The notes below the pieces were generated by a model. The model had not been told where the DNA came from. It saw only the letters and a program-made list of their open reading frames with translations, and ran no database searches. From Pseudomonadales bacterium (GTDB lineage: Bacteria; Pseudomonadota; Gammaproteobacteria; Pseudomonadales; UBA3067), in NCBI GenBank assembly GCA_040235475.1, contig JBECKY010000077.1:1517-65516 (forward strand): DNA of 64,000 bases, written 5' to 3'. Below are positions 51,946 to 62,407 of the stretch, one piece after another. Position 1 is the first letter of the stretch. Each line of letters opens with the position of its first letter. The translations under genes were made by a program, and so were the position numbers.

Positions 51946-52311
51946 TTATGCAGAAAGCGCCGCCTTTATTGTGCCCATTAATTTTGATTCCTTAACCGGC
52001 TTGGTCAGGTATGCTTTTGCACCTTGCTTTTTGCCCCATATGCGATCAGTCTCCTGATCCTTACTGGTCACAATAATAACCGGAATATGTGCCGTGTCAT
52101 CGGCATGGGTGATTTGTCGTGTTGCCTGAAAGCCATTTAAACCTGGCATGACAATGTCCATTAAGACTATATCCGGCAATTCTTTTTTTGCCACCGCCAC
52201 GCCATCAGCACCATTTTCAACTGCCAATACCTCAAAACCATGCTTTTCCAGCATGGCTCTTAATTGAAGTGATTCTGTCGGCGAGTCATCTACTATCAAA
52301 ACCCTTGTCAT
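51946..52311 (-). CDS. pilH: Single-domain response regulator PilH
   Basis: 121 aa. RVLIVDDSPTE…LMDIVMPGLNGFQATRQ…IIVTSKDQETD…YLTKP is near-colinear with P. aeruginosa PilH. Confidence 0.93.
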   Translation of the reverse strand: MTRVLIVDDSPTESLQLRAMLEKHGFEVLAVENGADGVAVAKKELPDIVLMDIVMPGLNGFQATRQITHADDTAHIPVIIVTSKDQETDRIWGKKQGAKAYLTKPVKESKLMGTIKAALSA

Positions 52312-52341
52312 TCCTTTTTTCTCCTGCCTACCCCTTTGGGA

Positions 52342-52734
52342 TTAAGCAATTTTTTTCTTTACGTGCTCTCTGATCGCACCCAGCAACTCATCCTTGCTGA
52401 ACGGTTTGGTCAAATACTGATCTGACCCTACTATTCGCCCTTTTGCCTTATCAAACAGGCCATCTTTACTTGATAGCATAATTACCGGCGTATTTTTAAA
52501 AGCCGAATTATTTTTAATCAATGCACAGGCTTGATAGCCATCCAGTCTTGGCATCATAATATCGACAAATATTATATCTGGATTGTTATCTGCTATTTTG
52601 GCCAAGGCGTCGAAACCATCCTCAGCGGTAATTACTGTGCACCCCGCTTTTTTTAACAAGGTTTCAGCCGTTCGGCGTATTGTTTTACTGTCATCAATAA
52701 CCAGGACTTTTAAACTTTCAAAATTGTCTTCCAT
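52342..52734 (-). CDS. pilG: Single-domain response regulator PilG
   Basis: The track ORF starts at 52752 with GTG. The ATG at 52734 gives MEDNFESLKVLVIDDSKTIRRTAETLLKK…, which is colinear with P. aeruginosa PilG. Confidence 0.93.
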   Translation of the reverse strand: MEDNFESLKVLVIDDSKTIRRTAETLLKKAGCTVITAEDGFDALAKIADNNPDIIFVDIMMPRLDGYQACALIKNNSAFKNTPVIMLSSKDGLFDKAKGRIVGSDQYLTKPFSKDELLGAIREHVKKKIA

Positions 52735-53013
52735 TGGATTCAACCAAGTCACTTAAATAATTAGATAAGAAAAGATGTATGACGGCCTACTTTATATAAA
52801 ACTTATAAGAATATTTTAGCCTACTTAGCAGCAGATCTTATTTTATTTCACCGCATGCATTGTTTGTAACATACAATGGGTTATCGTTCTATAAGGTATT
52901 GACCAGATAGAGATTACGCTCACATTTATCCACTGCTCGTGGATATACTGAACTTCCTAGGTTAAGCTTAGCTTTCATTTAAGATTAATCACAGCTTCGA
53001 ATAGATTGTTTTT

Positions 53014-53961
53014 ATGACCATAAAACTAGGCGTAATCATGGATCCTATCCATGCTATAAAATTTGTGAAAGACAGCACGCTTGCCATGTTAGCTGAAGCA
53101 CAAAAGAGGCAGTATCAAATTTATTACATGGAACAGAAAGATTTATTTTCGCAACAGGGAAAAACACTGGCCAGTCTTCGCCCATTAAGGGTTTTTGACA
53201 ACCCAGGCAAATGGTTTGAGCTGGGCGGCACAGAAGTTTTTGCCCTCGATCAACTCGATGTAATTTTGATGCGCAAAGACCCGCCTTTCGATATGAATTT
53301 TATCTACACCACTTACCTTCTTGATGAAGTCGAACGAAATGGTTGCCTGGTTGTCAACCGACCACAAAGCTTAAGAGACTGCAATGAGAAATTTTTTGCT
53401 ACCGAATTTCCACAATGCTGCCCCCCTCTTTTAGTTGACCAGAACCATGGCCGCCTTAAGGATTTTATTGATCAACACCTTGACATAGTTGTTAAGCCTT
53501 TGGATGGCATGGGCGGGCAATCCATTTTCAGGATTAAAAAAGACGATGCCAATACTAATGTCATTCTTGAAACTCTGACCCGTTTTGGGCAAACACCTAT
53601 TATGGCTCAGAAATTTATTCCCCAGGTTTCAGCTGGCGATAAACGCATACTGCTTATTAATGGCAAACCCATTCCTCATGGTCTTGCCCGCGTACCCGCT
53701 AAAGGCGAGCTACGCGGCAACCTCGCAGCCGGCGGTACTGGAAAAGTAGTGCCTTTGACTGAAAGAGACTACTGGATTTGTGAACAAGTTGGCCCCTCTT
53801 TAGTCGCAAAGGGGCTTATATTTGTGGGCATTGATGTGATTGGAGATTATTTAACAGAAATTAATGTCACCAGTCCGACCTGTATTCGGGAAATAGACAA
53901 AGACAGTGGTTTAAATATTTCTGCCGCTTTACTGGATTGCATTGAATTACAACTCACTTAA
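53014..53961 (+). CDS. gshB: Glutathione synthetase
   Basis: 315 aa, ATP-grasp fold. KLGVIMDPI, MRKDPPFD and EINVTSPT motifs are present. Confidence 0.95.
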   Translation: MTIKLGVIMDPIHAIKFVKDSTLAMLAEAQKRQYQIYYMEQKDLFSQQGKTLASLRPLRVFDNPGKWFELGGTEVFALDQLDVILMRKDPPFDMNFIYTTYLLDEVERNGCLVVNRPQSLRDCNEKFFATEFPQCCPPLLVDQNHGRLKDFIDQHLDIVVKPLDGMGGQSIFRIKKDDANTNVILETLTRFGQTPIMAQKFIPQVSAGDKRILLINGKPIPHGLARVPAKGELRGNLAAGGTGKVVPLTERDYWICEQVGPSLVAKGLIFVGIDVIGDYLTEINVTSPTCIREIDKDSGLNISAALLDCIELQLT

Positions 53962-54032
53962 ATATTGGCATCAAAACAGCTTTGGATCATTAATCAGGGC
54001 TATTAAGTATTAATTTTAAGCAGGCCGCTGCA

Positions 54033-54938
54033 TTGTCAACATACACTTTGGAAAACACCGCAGCCTTTGCGCTGTCCGAGGTCTCACCCTCTGACCGACT
54101 CAGCTTTACCCTGTTTCTTGGTCTTGTTTTTCATGTTGCTATTATTTTAGGCGTAAGTTTTACGCTGTCAGAAAGGCGTCCTGCGCCGCAGCTGCTTGAA
54201 ATCACCCTTGCGCAATACAAAACCGACGTAGCACCCAAAGAGGCTGATTTTTTAGCTCAGGCTAACCAGGAAGGCAGCGGCAGCCTTGAAAAAGAAGCTA
54301 TGCTAAGCACCACACAAGAAGCCGATTTTAACGCAAGCGACCTCAACGAGGTTCAGCCCATTGAGCAAGCCATTGCCCGAGACAAACCCATTAAAAATAC
54401 CCAGCTTGTCAGCACCTCCGGGGAATCAACACTTAAAACCAGCTTGTTTACCAAGCAGCCGGTAGACACGGATATTCAAGGCAAAGACGATGAAACCCGC
54501 TCTTTACTTAAACAAAACCTAGATATTGCCAGCCTGGAAGCCAAATTAGCCCAACAAAAACAGATTTACGCAAAGCGTCCGCGCAAAAGGCATTTAAGTT
54601 CAGAGTCAACCAAAGAAGCCCGGGATGTCGCCTACATAGAAAAGTTTCGCAGGACCATAGAACGTATAGGTAACCTTTATTACCCTGATGAAGCCCGCCA
54701 ACAAGCCATCTATGGGGCAGTCCGCCTGATGGTAGCCATTGATAAACAAGGGAAACTTGTCGATATTCAAGTACTCAAATCCAGTGGCAAGAAAATTCTT
54801 GATGATGCGGCCTTACGCAGTGTCAAAAATGCCGCCCCGTTTGATCCTTTTCCACCTGAAATTAAGCGCGATACCGATATTTTGGAAATAGTACGCACCT
54901 GGAGATTTGAAAAAGGCGCTTATTTTTCCGACTCTTGA
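54033..54938 (+). CDS. TonB-family protein (TonB3-like, C-terminal TonB domain)
   Basis: 301 aa, starting with TTG. It has one N-terminal TM helix and a C-terminal TonB_C pattern (YPDEARQQAIYGAVRLMVAIDKQGKLVDIQVLKSSGKKILDDAALRSV). It sits between gshB and yqgE, like P. aeruginosa tonB3. Confidence 0.7.
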   Translation: MSTYTLENTAAFALSEVSPSDRLSFTLFLGLVFHVAIILGVSFTLSERRPAPQLLEITLAQYKTDVAPKEADFLAQANQEGSGSLEKEAMLSTTQEADFNASDLNEVQPIEQAIARDKPIKNTQLVSTSGESTLKTSLFTKQPVDTDIQGKDDETRSLLKQNLDIASLEAKLAQQKQIYAKRPRKRHLSSESTKEARDVAYIEKFRRTIERIGNLYYPDEARQQAIYGAVRLMVAIDKQGKLVDIQVLKSSGKKILDDAALRSVKNAAPFDPFPPEIKRDTDILEIVRTWRFEKGAYFSDS

Positions 54939-55020
54939 TACTTTTAAAAGCCTCAAAACTCTTTATGCTATCAATCAAATTGTACTTGCACACCCCTTAA
55001 AAACGCCCAATAATATAAAA

Positions 55021-55590
55021 ATGGACTCTTCAGGAAATATTTATTTTAAAAATCAGTTGCTTATAGCGATGCCACATTTGGCTGACCCTAATTTTAGCCA
55101 TTCAGTGACCTATATTTGCGAACACAATCGCTATGGAGCCATGGGCATTGTCATTAACCTTGCCAGCACCGCCACACTTGGGGATGTTTTTGACCAGCTG
55201 AATATTTCGCATGCCAGCCCGAAGCTTGCACAGCAAGCTGTTCTGGCCGGAGGCCCTGTTCAAATCAACCGGGGCTTTATTCTGCACAAACCCAAAGGTA
55301 ACTGGGAAGCCAGTCTTGAAACGGGTAACGGAATTTACCTGACTGTGTCCAAAGATGTGATCGAAGCAATAGCCAACAACGAGGGGCCGGATGAATTTAT
55401 TATTGCGCTGGGCTATGCTGGCTGGGCTGCAGGCCAACTTGAAGAGGAGCTTGCCCAAAATTCATGGCTTACGGCCCCCGTTGATGAGAATATATTATTT
55501 CACCTGCCGTATGAAAGCCGCTGGCAGGCCACAGCAAAAGCCATAGGCGTTGATATTAACCTGCTTGCCACCCAGCCTGGGCATGCCTAA
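55021..55590 (+). CDS. yqgE: YqgE/AlgH-family protein (UPF0301)
   Basis: The track ORF starts at 54907. The family N-terminus …FKNQLLIAMPHLADPNFSHSVTYICEHN begins at the ATG at 55021. Confidence 0.88.
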   Translation: MDSSGNIYFKNQLLIAMPHLADPNFSHSVTYICEHNRYGAMGIVINLASTATLGDVFDQLNISHASPKLAQQAVLAGGPVQINRGFILHKPKGNWEASLETGNGIYLTVSKDVIEAIANNEGPDEFIIALGYAGWAAGQLEEELAQNSWLTAPVDENILFHLPYESRWQATAKAIGVDINLLATQPGHA

Positions 55591-55626
55591 ACTGGGCATC
55601 CCTCAATATAAACTCATAAGCTTTCC

Positions 55627-56067
55627 ATGACTGACTCTGATAAACCGAAAGATGTATCCAGGCTCGTGATGGGATTCGACTTTGGCATGAAGCAAATCGG
55701 GGTTGCCGTTGGACAAAGCCTAACGGCAACGGCCACACCTGTAGCAACACTTTCTGCCAAAGATGGCATCCCTGACTGGCACGAGATCGAACTCCTTATT
55801 GAACAATGGCAGCCCACCGCACTCATTGTGGGACTACCCTTAAACATGGATGGCACAACCAGCGAATCAAGCCGACGAGCAAAAAAGTATGCCAATCGCC
55901 TACAAGATAAATTCCGTCTACCCACTCACACTATTGATGAACGATTATCCACTATTGAAGCCAGAAATCTGGCTAAAATTACGGCTAAAACAAAGGGCTG
56001 GCAAAAACACTCTCTCGACAGCATAGCCGCCGCCGTCATCCTGGAAACCTGGCTGGCACAGCAGTAG
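55627..56067 (+). CDS. ruvX: Holliday-junction-resolvase-like pre-16S rRNA nuclease RuvX (YqgF)
   Basis: 146 aa with the GFDFGMKQIGVAVG and GLPLNMDGT motifs. It follows yqgE. Confidence 0.92.
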   Translation: MTDSDKPKDVSRLVMGFDFGMKQIGVAVGQSLTATATPVATLSAKDGIPDWHEIELLIEQWQPTALIVGLPLNMDGTTSESSRRAKKYANRLQDKFRLPTHTIDERLSTIEARNLAKITAKTKGWQKHSLDSIAAAVILETWLAQQ

Positions 56068-56187
56068 CAACCTCCGGCCCAGGCCCTTGCAAAAATATTT
56101 GTTAAAAACAAGTCTGTTAGAATGAGTCATTATTGCCGATAATGCTCCCTTTCCCTCATTAAATGCTTTGAGTTGAGCCCAAAAAAC

Positions 56188-58521
56188 ATGCTTAATATTC
56201 CCCAACGTATTGCCGAAGAACTTAATGCCACTGAAGCGCAAGTACAAGCTGCAATAAAGTTACTGGACGAAGGCTCAACCGTACCCTTTATTTCACGCTA
56301 CCGAAAAGAAGCTACCGGGGGCCTGGACGATATACAACTGCGCACGCTAGAAGAGCGTTTAGGCTATCTACGCGAACTCGAAGACCGACGCGCCACCATC
56401 TTGAAAAGCATTGAAGAGCAAGACAAACTCACCCCTGAGTTAAAAAAAGCCATTGCCGAAGCCGACACCAAAACCCGGCTCGAAGACCTTTACCTGCCCT
56501 ACAAGCCCAAGCGCCGCACCAAAGGCCAGGTGGCCATCGAAGCCGGCATTGAACCCTTGGCCGATGCGCTCTATGAAAACCCGTGCCTTGATCCTGAGCA
56601 GGAAGCCATTGCTTATATAAAAACTGATGTTGATGACAGCAAACACACTTTTGCTGATGCTAAATCCGTATTGGAAGGCGCCAAATACATTCTGATGGAA
56701 CGTTTTGCTGAAAATGCCGACCTGCTTGCCGAACTTCGTAACTTTTTAAATCACGAAGGTCAGCTCGTTTCCAATGTTGTTTCCGGCAAAGAAACCGAAG
56801 GTGCTAAATTTCGTGATTACTTTGAGCAGCGAGAAGCCATAAAAAAAGTACCTTCACACCGCGCCCTGGCTATGTTTCGTGGCCGTAAAGAAGGCTTCCT
56901 GCAACTTAAGCTCGATGTTGAATACCCCGAAAATACCAATCACCCCTGCGAACAAATAGTTGCTCGACACGCCAATATAGAAAACCAAGGCCGCCCTGCA
57001 GATAAATGGCTGGCCGAAGTTGTACGCTGGACCTGGAATATTAAACTGCAAACCCAGATGGAAACCGAGTTGTTGTCTGAATTACGCGGCCGCGCGGAAG
57101 AGGCTGCCATTGATGTATTCGCCCAAAACCTGAAAGATTTACTACTTGCCGCGCCCGCTGGCCCGAAGGCCACCATTGGTCTTGATCCTGGTTTGCGTAC
57201 CGGTGTAAAAATTGCTGTTATCGACAGCACCGGACAATATGTAGACTCTACGGCCATTTATCCCCACGCGCCACGTAAGCAATGGGATCAGTCCATTGCA
57301 GAGCTGGCCAGGCTTGCCGCCAAACACAATATTGAACTACTCGCTATCGGCAATGGCACAGCTTCTCGGGAAACTGACAAACTCTGTAGTGACTTAATCA
57401 AGCTTCACCCAGAATTGAAACTACAAAAAATCATGGTTAGCGAAGCGGGGGCATCGGTTTATTCCGCCTCAGAAACTGCTGCCCGCGAATTTCCCGAACT
57501 GGACGTTACCATTCGCGGCGCCATCTCTATTGCCCGCCGACTGCAGGACCCCCTGGCGGAGCTGGTTAAAATCGACCCCAAGGCCATTGGTGTTGGTCAA
57601 TATCAGCATGATGTCAGCCAAATACAATTGGCTAAAAACCTCAATGCAGTAATGGAAGATTGCGTCAACAACGTTGGCGTTGAAGTGAATACCGCATCTG
57701 CCGCACTGCTCAGCGGAGTTGCCGGACTGAATCAAAACATTGCGGAAAATATTGTAGCGTTTCGCAACCAAAACGGCGCCTTTGGCAACCGCGAAGAATT
57801 AAAAAAAGTACCTCGCCTGGGTGAGAAAACCTATGAACAAGCCGCAGGCTTCCTGCGTATTCGCAACGGCTCAAATCCGCTGGATGCGTCAGCAGTGCAT
57901 CCCGAAACCTATTCAGTGGTCAACCATATCGCCGAAAAAAACGCATTAGATATTTTTTCCTTAATCGGCAACAGCAGCGTTCTCAAACAACTCAATCCGG
58001 CTGACTATACCAATGATCTATTTGGCCTGCCTACTGTAACCGATATTATTGCTGAGCTTGACAAGCCCGGCCGCGATCCAAGGCCAAGCTTCCAAACGGC
58101 AAGCTTTAAAGATGGCATTGAAAAAATTTCAGACCTTCAACCCAGCATGATTCTTGAAGGCACCATCACCAATGTGACCAACTTTGGCGCCTTTGTCGAT
58201 ATTGGCGTGCACCAGGATGGCCTGGTGCATATCTCAGCCCTTGCCAACCACTACGTAAAAGACCCACGAGACCTTGTTAAAGCCGGAGACATCGTCAAAG
58301 TCAAAGTGGTTGAAGTAGATCAGGATCGCAAACGCATCGCCTTAACCATGCGCCTGAATGAAGAAGCCGTCAGCGAAGCAAAAGCGGTACCAGCGAAGCA
58401 GGCAAAAACCAAACCTGCCCGTAAGCATAACAAAGGTAGTGATAACAAAAACAAGCAAAACATGCCTTCTAACGGGGCTTTTGCTAACGCCTTTGCCAAG
58501 GCCCGGGAACTGAAGAAATAG
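56188..58521 (+). CDS. tex: Transcription accessory protein Tex (S1 RNA-binding domain protein)
   Basis: The track ORF starts at 56173 with TTG. The ATG at 56188 gives [12 protein letters not shown]…[11 protein letters not shown] YqgF-like domain, HhH motifs and a C-terminal S1 domain are present. Confidence 0.93.
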   Translation: MLNIPQRIAEELNATEAQVQAAIKLLDEGSTVPFISRYRKEATGGLDDIQLRTLEERLGYLRELEDRRATILKSIEEQDKLTPELKKAIAEADTKTRLEDLYLPYKPKRRTKGQVAIEAGIEPLADALYENPCLDPEQEAIAYIKTDVDDSKHTFADAKSVLEGAKYILMERFAENADLLAELRNFLNHEGQLVSNVVSGKETEGAKFRDYFEQREAIKKVPSHRALAMFRGRKEGFLQLKLDVEYPENTNHPCEQIVARHANIENQGRPADKWLAEVVRWTWNIKLQTQMETELLSELRGRAEEAAIDVFAQNLKDLLLAAPAGPKATIGLDPGLRTGVKIAVIDSTGQYVDSTAIYPHAPRKQWDQSIAELARLAAKHNIELLAIGNGTASRETDKLCSDLIKLHPELKLQKIMVSEAGASVYSASETAAREFPELDVTIRGAISIARRLQDPLAELVKIDPKAIGVGQYQHDVSQIQLAKNLNAVMEDCVNNVGVEVNTASAALLSGVAGLNQNIAENIVAFRNQNGAFGNREELKKVPRLGEKTYEQAAGFLRIRNGSNPLDASAVHPETYSVVNHIAEKNALDIFSLIGNSSVLKQLNPADYTNDLFGLPTVTDIIAELDKPGRDPRPSFQTASFKDGIEKISDLQPSMILEGTITNVTNFGAFVDIGVHQDGLVHISALANHYVKDPRDLVKAGDIVKVKVVEVDQDRKRIALTMRLNEEAVSEAKAVPAKQAKTKPARKHNKGSDNKNKQNMPSNGAFANAFAKARELKK

Positions 58522-58673
58522 CTTACGGCGTAGCCCATGGTTGCGTCTTTAGGCGAAGACCTTTTTCAAGATTAGCCAAATAATGCCGGCAGAAACATCT
58601 CAATACACACCCTGTTACTCTCGCAGCTGTTTTGTTATACTGGCGCCAATCACCACTGTATACTTTGGCCTTT

Positions 58674-59198
58674 ATGACCACTTTAAATCCAGTTGATGCC
58701 TTACTCCACAAGATCAAAAATGATCTTGCCTTCTATATTTCTAATCATCACCTAAACAAACCCGCTATGATTGGTATTCATACCGGCGGCGTCTGGGTTG
58801 CTGAACGCCTGCATCAGGCTTTGAACATTGAGCCTCCTCTAGGCCATTTAAATATCAGCTTTTATCGTGATGATTATTCCCAAAAAGGCCTGCACCCCCG
58901 AGTCAAACCTTCTACACTGCCTTTTGCTATTGAAGGCCAACACATTATTCTGGTGGATGATGTACTGATGTCTGGCCGAACGGTGCGAGCTGCTTTAAAT
59001 GAACTGTTTGACTATGGGCGTCCAGCCTCAGTCACTTTGGTTGTTCTGGTTGACTTACAATCCAGGGAGTTGCCGATTCAGGCTGATATTGTTGGGCAGC
59101 GCTTAAAGCTGGCTGCCAATGAGAGAATTAAATTATCAGGCCCTGAACCATTGGTGATGGCCATACAACAATACTTAGACAATGGTAATTCAGATTAA
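58674..59198 (+). CDS. pyrR: Bifunctional pyrimidine operon regulator/uracil phosphoribosyltransferase PyrR
   Basis: The track ORF starts at 58632. The likely start is the ATG at 58674. The PRPP-binding motif [12 protein letters not shown] is present. It lies upstream of pyrB with a TAATG overlap. Confidence 0.88.
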   Translation: MTTLNPVDALLHKIKNDLAFYISNHHLNKPAMIGIHTGGVWVAERLHQALNIEPPLGHLNISFYRDDYSQKGLHPRVKPSTLPFAIEGQHIILVDDVLMSGRTVRAALNELFDYGRPASVTLVVLVDLQSRELPIQADIVGQRLKLAANERIKLSGPEPLVMAIQQYLDNGNSD

Positions 59199-60220
59199 TG
59201 GCACAAGAAATACTGCAGCCTTTCTCACCTAAAGCCAATGCTTTACAAACAAGCAATCAGCTTCAGTTAAATCAGCAAGGTCGATTACGACACTTTCTCA
59301 GCATTCACGGGCTTTCAAAAAACCTGTTAACCGAAATTCTGGATACCGCTGATTCGTTTGTCTCGGTGGGCAATAAGGCCGTGAAAAATGTCCCTCTGCT
59401 CAGAGGTAAAACCATTGCCAACCTTTTTTTTGAAAACAGCACTCGTACCCGCACCACTTTTGAACTGGCGGCCAAGAGACTGTCTGCCGATGTGCTAAAT
59501 ATTAATATCAGCACATCGGCCACTTCAAAGGGCGAATCTTTAAAAGACATGTTGCAAAATCTTGAAGCCATGGCTTGCGACATGTTTATTGTCCGCCATG
59601 CCGACAGTGGGGCTGCTGACTTTATTGCCCAACATGTTTGCCCGAATATTGCTGTTATTAACGCCGGGGATGGCAGCCATGAGCATCCGACGCAAGCGAT
59701 GCTGGATATGCTAACCATACGTCATCACAAACACAGTTTTGAAAACCTTAAAGTGGCTATTATTGGTGACATCCTGCACTCTCGTGTCGCACGCTCAGAC
59801 ATTTTGGCATTGAACACCCTAGGCGCGAAAGAAGTTCGGGTAATTGCCCCGAATACCTTATTGCCTCACGATGCTGAGAGCCTGAAGGTCAATGTTTTTC
59901 GCAACCTGGAATCCGGTCTGGAAGACGTTGATGTGATTATTACCTTAAGGTTGCAGAAAGAGCGTATGCACAGCGCTTTATTACCCAGCGAGCAGGAATT
60001 TTATAAACTTTACGGCCTGAAGCGAGCCGTGCTTCACCGCGCAAAACCGGATGCATTGATTATGCACCCTGGGCCGATGAATCGCGGCGTGGAAATAGAA
60101 TCGGAAGTTGCCGATGGCTCTCAATCAGTGATTCTTGATCAGGTACATTTTGGCGTGGCCGTTCGCATGGCCATTTTATCCATGGCGATGAGTGGGCAAA
60201 CAACTGCACTAAAAACATGA
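59198..60220 (+). CDS. pyrB: Aspartate carbamoyltransferase catalytic subunit
   Basis: 340 aa with [12 protein letters not shown] and HPGP motifs. Confidence 0.96.
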   Translation: MAQEILQPFSPKANALQTSNQLQLNQQGRLRHFLSIHGLSKNLLTEILDTADSFVSVGNKAVKNVPLLRGKTIANLFFENSTRTRTTFELAAKRLSADVLNINISTSATSKGESLKDMLQNLEAMACDMFIVRHADSGAADFIAQHVCPNIAVINAGDGSHEHPTQAMLDMLTIRHHKHSFENLKVAIIGDILHSRVARSDILALNTLGAKEVRVIAPNTLLPHDAESLKVNVFRNLESGLEDVDVIITLRLQKERMHSALLPSEQEFYKLYGLKRAVLHRAKPDALIMHPGPMNRGVEIESEVADGSQSVILDQVHFGVAVRMAILSMAMSGQTTALKT

Positions 60221-61497
60221 GCAATCGCATTCATATCAAACAGGGTCGTGTACTCGACCCGGCATCTAATACCGACGCCATCACCGACCTGTTTATTGCG
60301 CAGGGAAAGATAGTTGCCATCGGCAGCCCTACCCCTGATTTTCAGGCTGACCAAACCATTGACGCCCGTGGGCTGGTGGTTTCACCCGGATTTATTGATT
60401 TAAGCTGCCATCTGCGCGAACCGGGGCAGAGCCAAAAAGGTGATATTAACAGTGAAACTAAAGCTGCTGTTGCCTCAGGTATTACTCGAATTTGCTGCCC
60501 GCCAGATACCAGCCCGGCCATAGACACCGCAGCCGTAGCCACTTTAATCCAGGATAAAGTTGCCGCCGCAGGGCATTGTAAGGTTTCATTGCTGGGCGCT
60601 ATGACCCAGGGGCTTAAGGGCAAACAACTCAGTGAGATGTATACCCTTAAAGAAGCCGGATGCATTGGCATCAGTAATGGCTGGCAACCTTTCGCCAACA
60701 ACCAGACTCTACAACGATGCCTGGAGTATGCGCACACTTTTGATTTGGTTTATTTTTCCAAGCCCCTGGACAGCAGCCTGGCTGGCAATGGCTGCGTTCA
60801 CGAAGGCCCTGCCGCCACGCGATTGGGTTTACCGGTTGTACCTACCGTTGCAGAAACAGTTGCCGTCAGCCGGGACATTTTATTAGCTGAACATGTCGGT
60901 ATTCGCATTCATTTTTGCCAACTTTCTTCTGCCAGGGCAGTGAAGCTGGTGGCCGATGCGCAACGAGCAGGCCTGCCTGTGACCGCCGATGTTTCAGCCC
61001 ATCAATTGCGCTTTACCGATGAGTGCCTGTATGGCTACGAAAGCTTATACCACCTTCGCCCTCCTTTACGTTCCTTCGATGACCTGGATGGATTAAAGAC
61101 CGGCATAAAAAATGGAACTGTTGCAGCACTTTGCTCGGATCACCAGCCCCATGAGCCTGCTGCAAAAATGGCCCCCTTCCCCGCCACCGCTCCGGGTATT
61201 TCAGCTTTGGAGACCTTACTGCCTCTTGCCTTAACGCTGGTCACCGAAGGCACGTTAAGTTTAATGGCACTGATAGAAAAACTCAGCCTTGCGCCTGCCA
61301 AAATTCTCGGAGTGGATGAAGGCAGGATTTGCGTTGGCGGGCCTGCAGATTTATGTATTTTTGATCCAGACAAACAATGGGTACTGTCTGCCGACAGCAT
61401 GGTATCAAAAGGTAAAAACTCACCCCTTTTAGGCCAAACACTGACCGGGCAGGTTCAGCATACCCTGGTGGACGGCAGACTTTGTTTTAGCACTTAA
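60217..61497 (+). CDS. pyrC': Dihydroorotase-like protein, probably the non-catalytic ATCase partner PyrC'
   Basis: 426 aa with an ATGA overlap onto pyrB. The usual D-x-H-x-H metal motif reads [10 protein letters not shown], so the first His is lost. Confidence 0.75.
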   Translation: MSNRIHIKQGRVLDPASNTDAITDLFIAQGKIVAIGSPTPDFQADQTIDARGLVVSPGFIDLSCHLREPGQSQKGDINSETKAAVASGITRICCPPDTSPAIDTAAVATLIQDKVAAAGHCKVSLLGAMTQGLKGKQLSEMYTLKEAGCIGISNGWQPFANNQTLQRCLEYAHTFDLVYFSKPLDSSLAGNGCVHEGPAATRLGLPVVPTVAETVAVSRDILLAEHVGIRIHFCQLSSARAVKLVADAQRAGLPVTADVSAHQLRFTDECLYGYESLYHLRPPLRSFDDLDGLKTGIKNGTVAALCSDHQPHEPAAKMAPFPATAPGISALETLLPLALTLVTEGTLSLMALIEKLSLAPAKILGVDEGRICVGGPADLCIFDPDKQWVLSADSMVSKGKNSPLLGQTLTGQVQHTLVDGRLCFST

Positions 61498-61507
61498 TCT
61501 AGGCAAT

Positions 61508-62167
61508 TCACCGCTTGGCCGGGTTTTCCAGGTTTAAAATAGAACGGGCATGCACAATTAATTCGGTGACTATCGAACTCAAATAACTCACAGAGTTATT
61601 TGCGCCCTGGCTGGTCTGCACCCTGAACCACTCTTCCAGCGCCTGGCTTATGTTGGCTGCCGCATCTATTTCTTCGTAACTCATAAAGTGTGCGTGTTTA
61701 AAACCCTGCTCCGCATGGCAGCTTGCTTGCCTCAGGGCCTTATCAAAGCAGGGTGTATTGATCAGATAAAAAGCATCAAACTCCCCCTGCTCTGTCATTT
61801 TTACACCGCAATAAACACCGCTATGGTCCCGATAAATAATTTTATGCCTTGGCAGGTCTGGAAACGCCTGCTTGATTTTGAGGAGGATGTTGCCCATGTC
61901 TTTATACAAAGGCATGGGATTAGCGCAGGTCTCAACGATCACCACGGTATTGCCAGTAATGAAGTATTCGAAACACATTTGATCGGCGCTTTTTTTATGG
62001 CTGCCCTGAGCTGGCGCAGCGAAGCTGTTTTTTGAACGGCTATCCCCTAAAGGATCGCTGCCCAAAAAAATATCGTCTATATCATCTACCTCATTAAGAA
62101 TAACACCCACCGGATCGGGTAACGGTTGCAGGCATTTTTCACATAAAATTTCGTATAAGTCGCCCAT
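61508..62167 (-). CDS. Hypothetical cytoplasmic protein, no family recognised
   Basis: 219 aa with a strong RBS (AAGGAGG 7 nt upstream of the ATG). No signal peptide or TM segment is present. It lies downstream of the CI-like repressor on the same strand. Confidence 0.6.
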   Translation of the reverse strand: MGDLYEILCEKCLQPLPDPVGVILNEVDDIDDIFLGSDPLGDSRSKNSFAAPAQGSHKKSADQMCFEYFITGNTVVIVETCANPMPLYKDMGNILLKIKQAFPDLPRHKIIYRDHSGVYCGVKMTEQGEFDAFYLINTPCFDKALRQASCHAEQGFKHAHFMSYEEIDAAANISQALEEWFRVQTSQGANNSVSYLSSIVTELIVHARSILNLENPAKR

Positions 62168-62277
62168 TGTGTAACCTCCTTTGTTACTTGTCGAAACTGT
62201 TTAGTTAATTCTAAAAGTCTTCACCTGAAGGGCCTGCCTCATCGCTAAGGGACAGCTCACCCCTGCGCCACACTTTT

Positions 62278-62369
62278 TATATTTCAAGTTATATTTCAAG
62301 TTGAAGCCGCCACTCAAAGTAAAGCTTAATTTACCTAAAAAGTAAAGCTGTTTGTTGAATTTGTAAAGC
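62278..62369. promoter_or_regulatory. Motif-dense spacer with a tandem 12-mer and three GTAAAGC copies, candidate operators
   Basis: TATATTTCAAGT occurs twice in tandem (62278-62301). GTAAAGC occurs at 62319, 62342 and 62363, spaced 23 and 21 bp apart. TTTAC-N7-GTAAA is an inverted repeat at 62330-62346. Confidence 0.45.
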
Positions 62370-62407
62370 CTGCTGCTGCTAAAACACTGGAAATAACAAG
62401 GAGGGGA

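Noticed and set aside
52927-52945. Chromosomal replication origin, suggested by DnaA-box-like sequences
   Set aside because: Only one inverted pair is present. There is no cluster of boxes, no AT-rich 13-mer unwinding element, and no dnaA, dnaN or gidA context.
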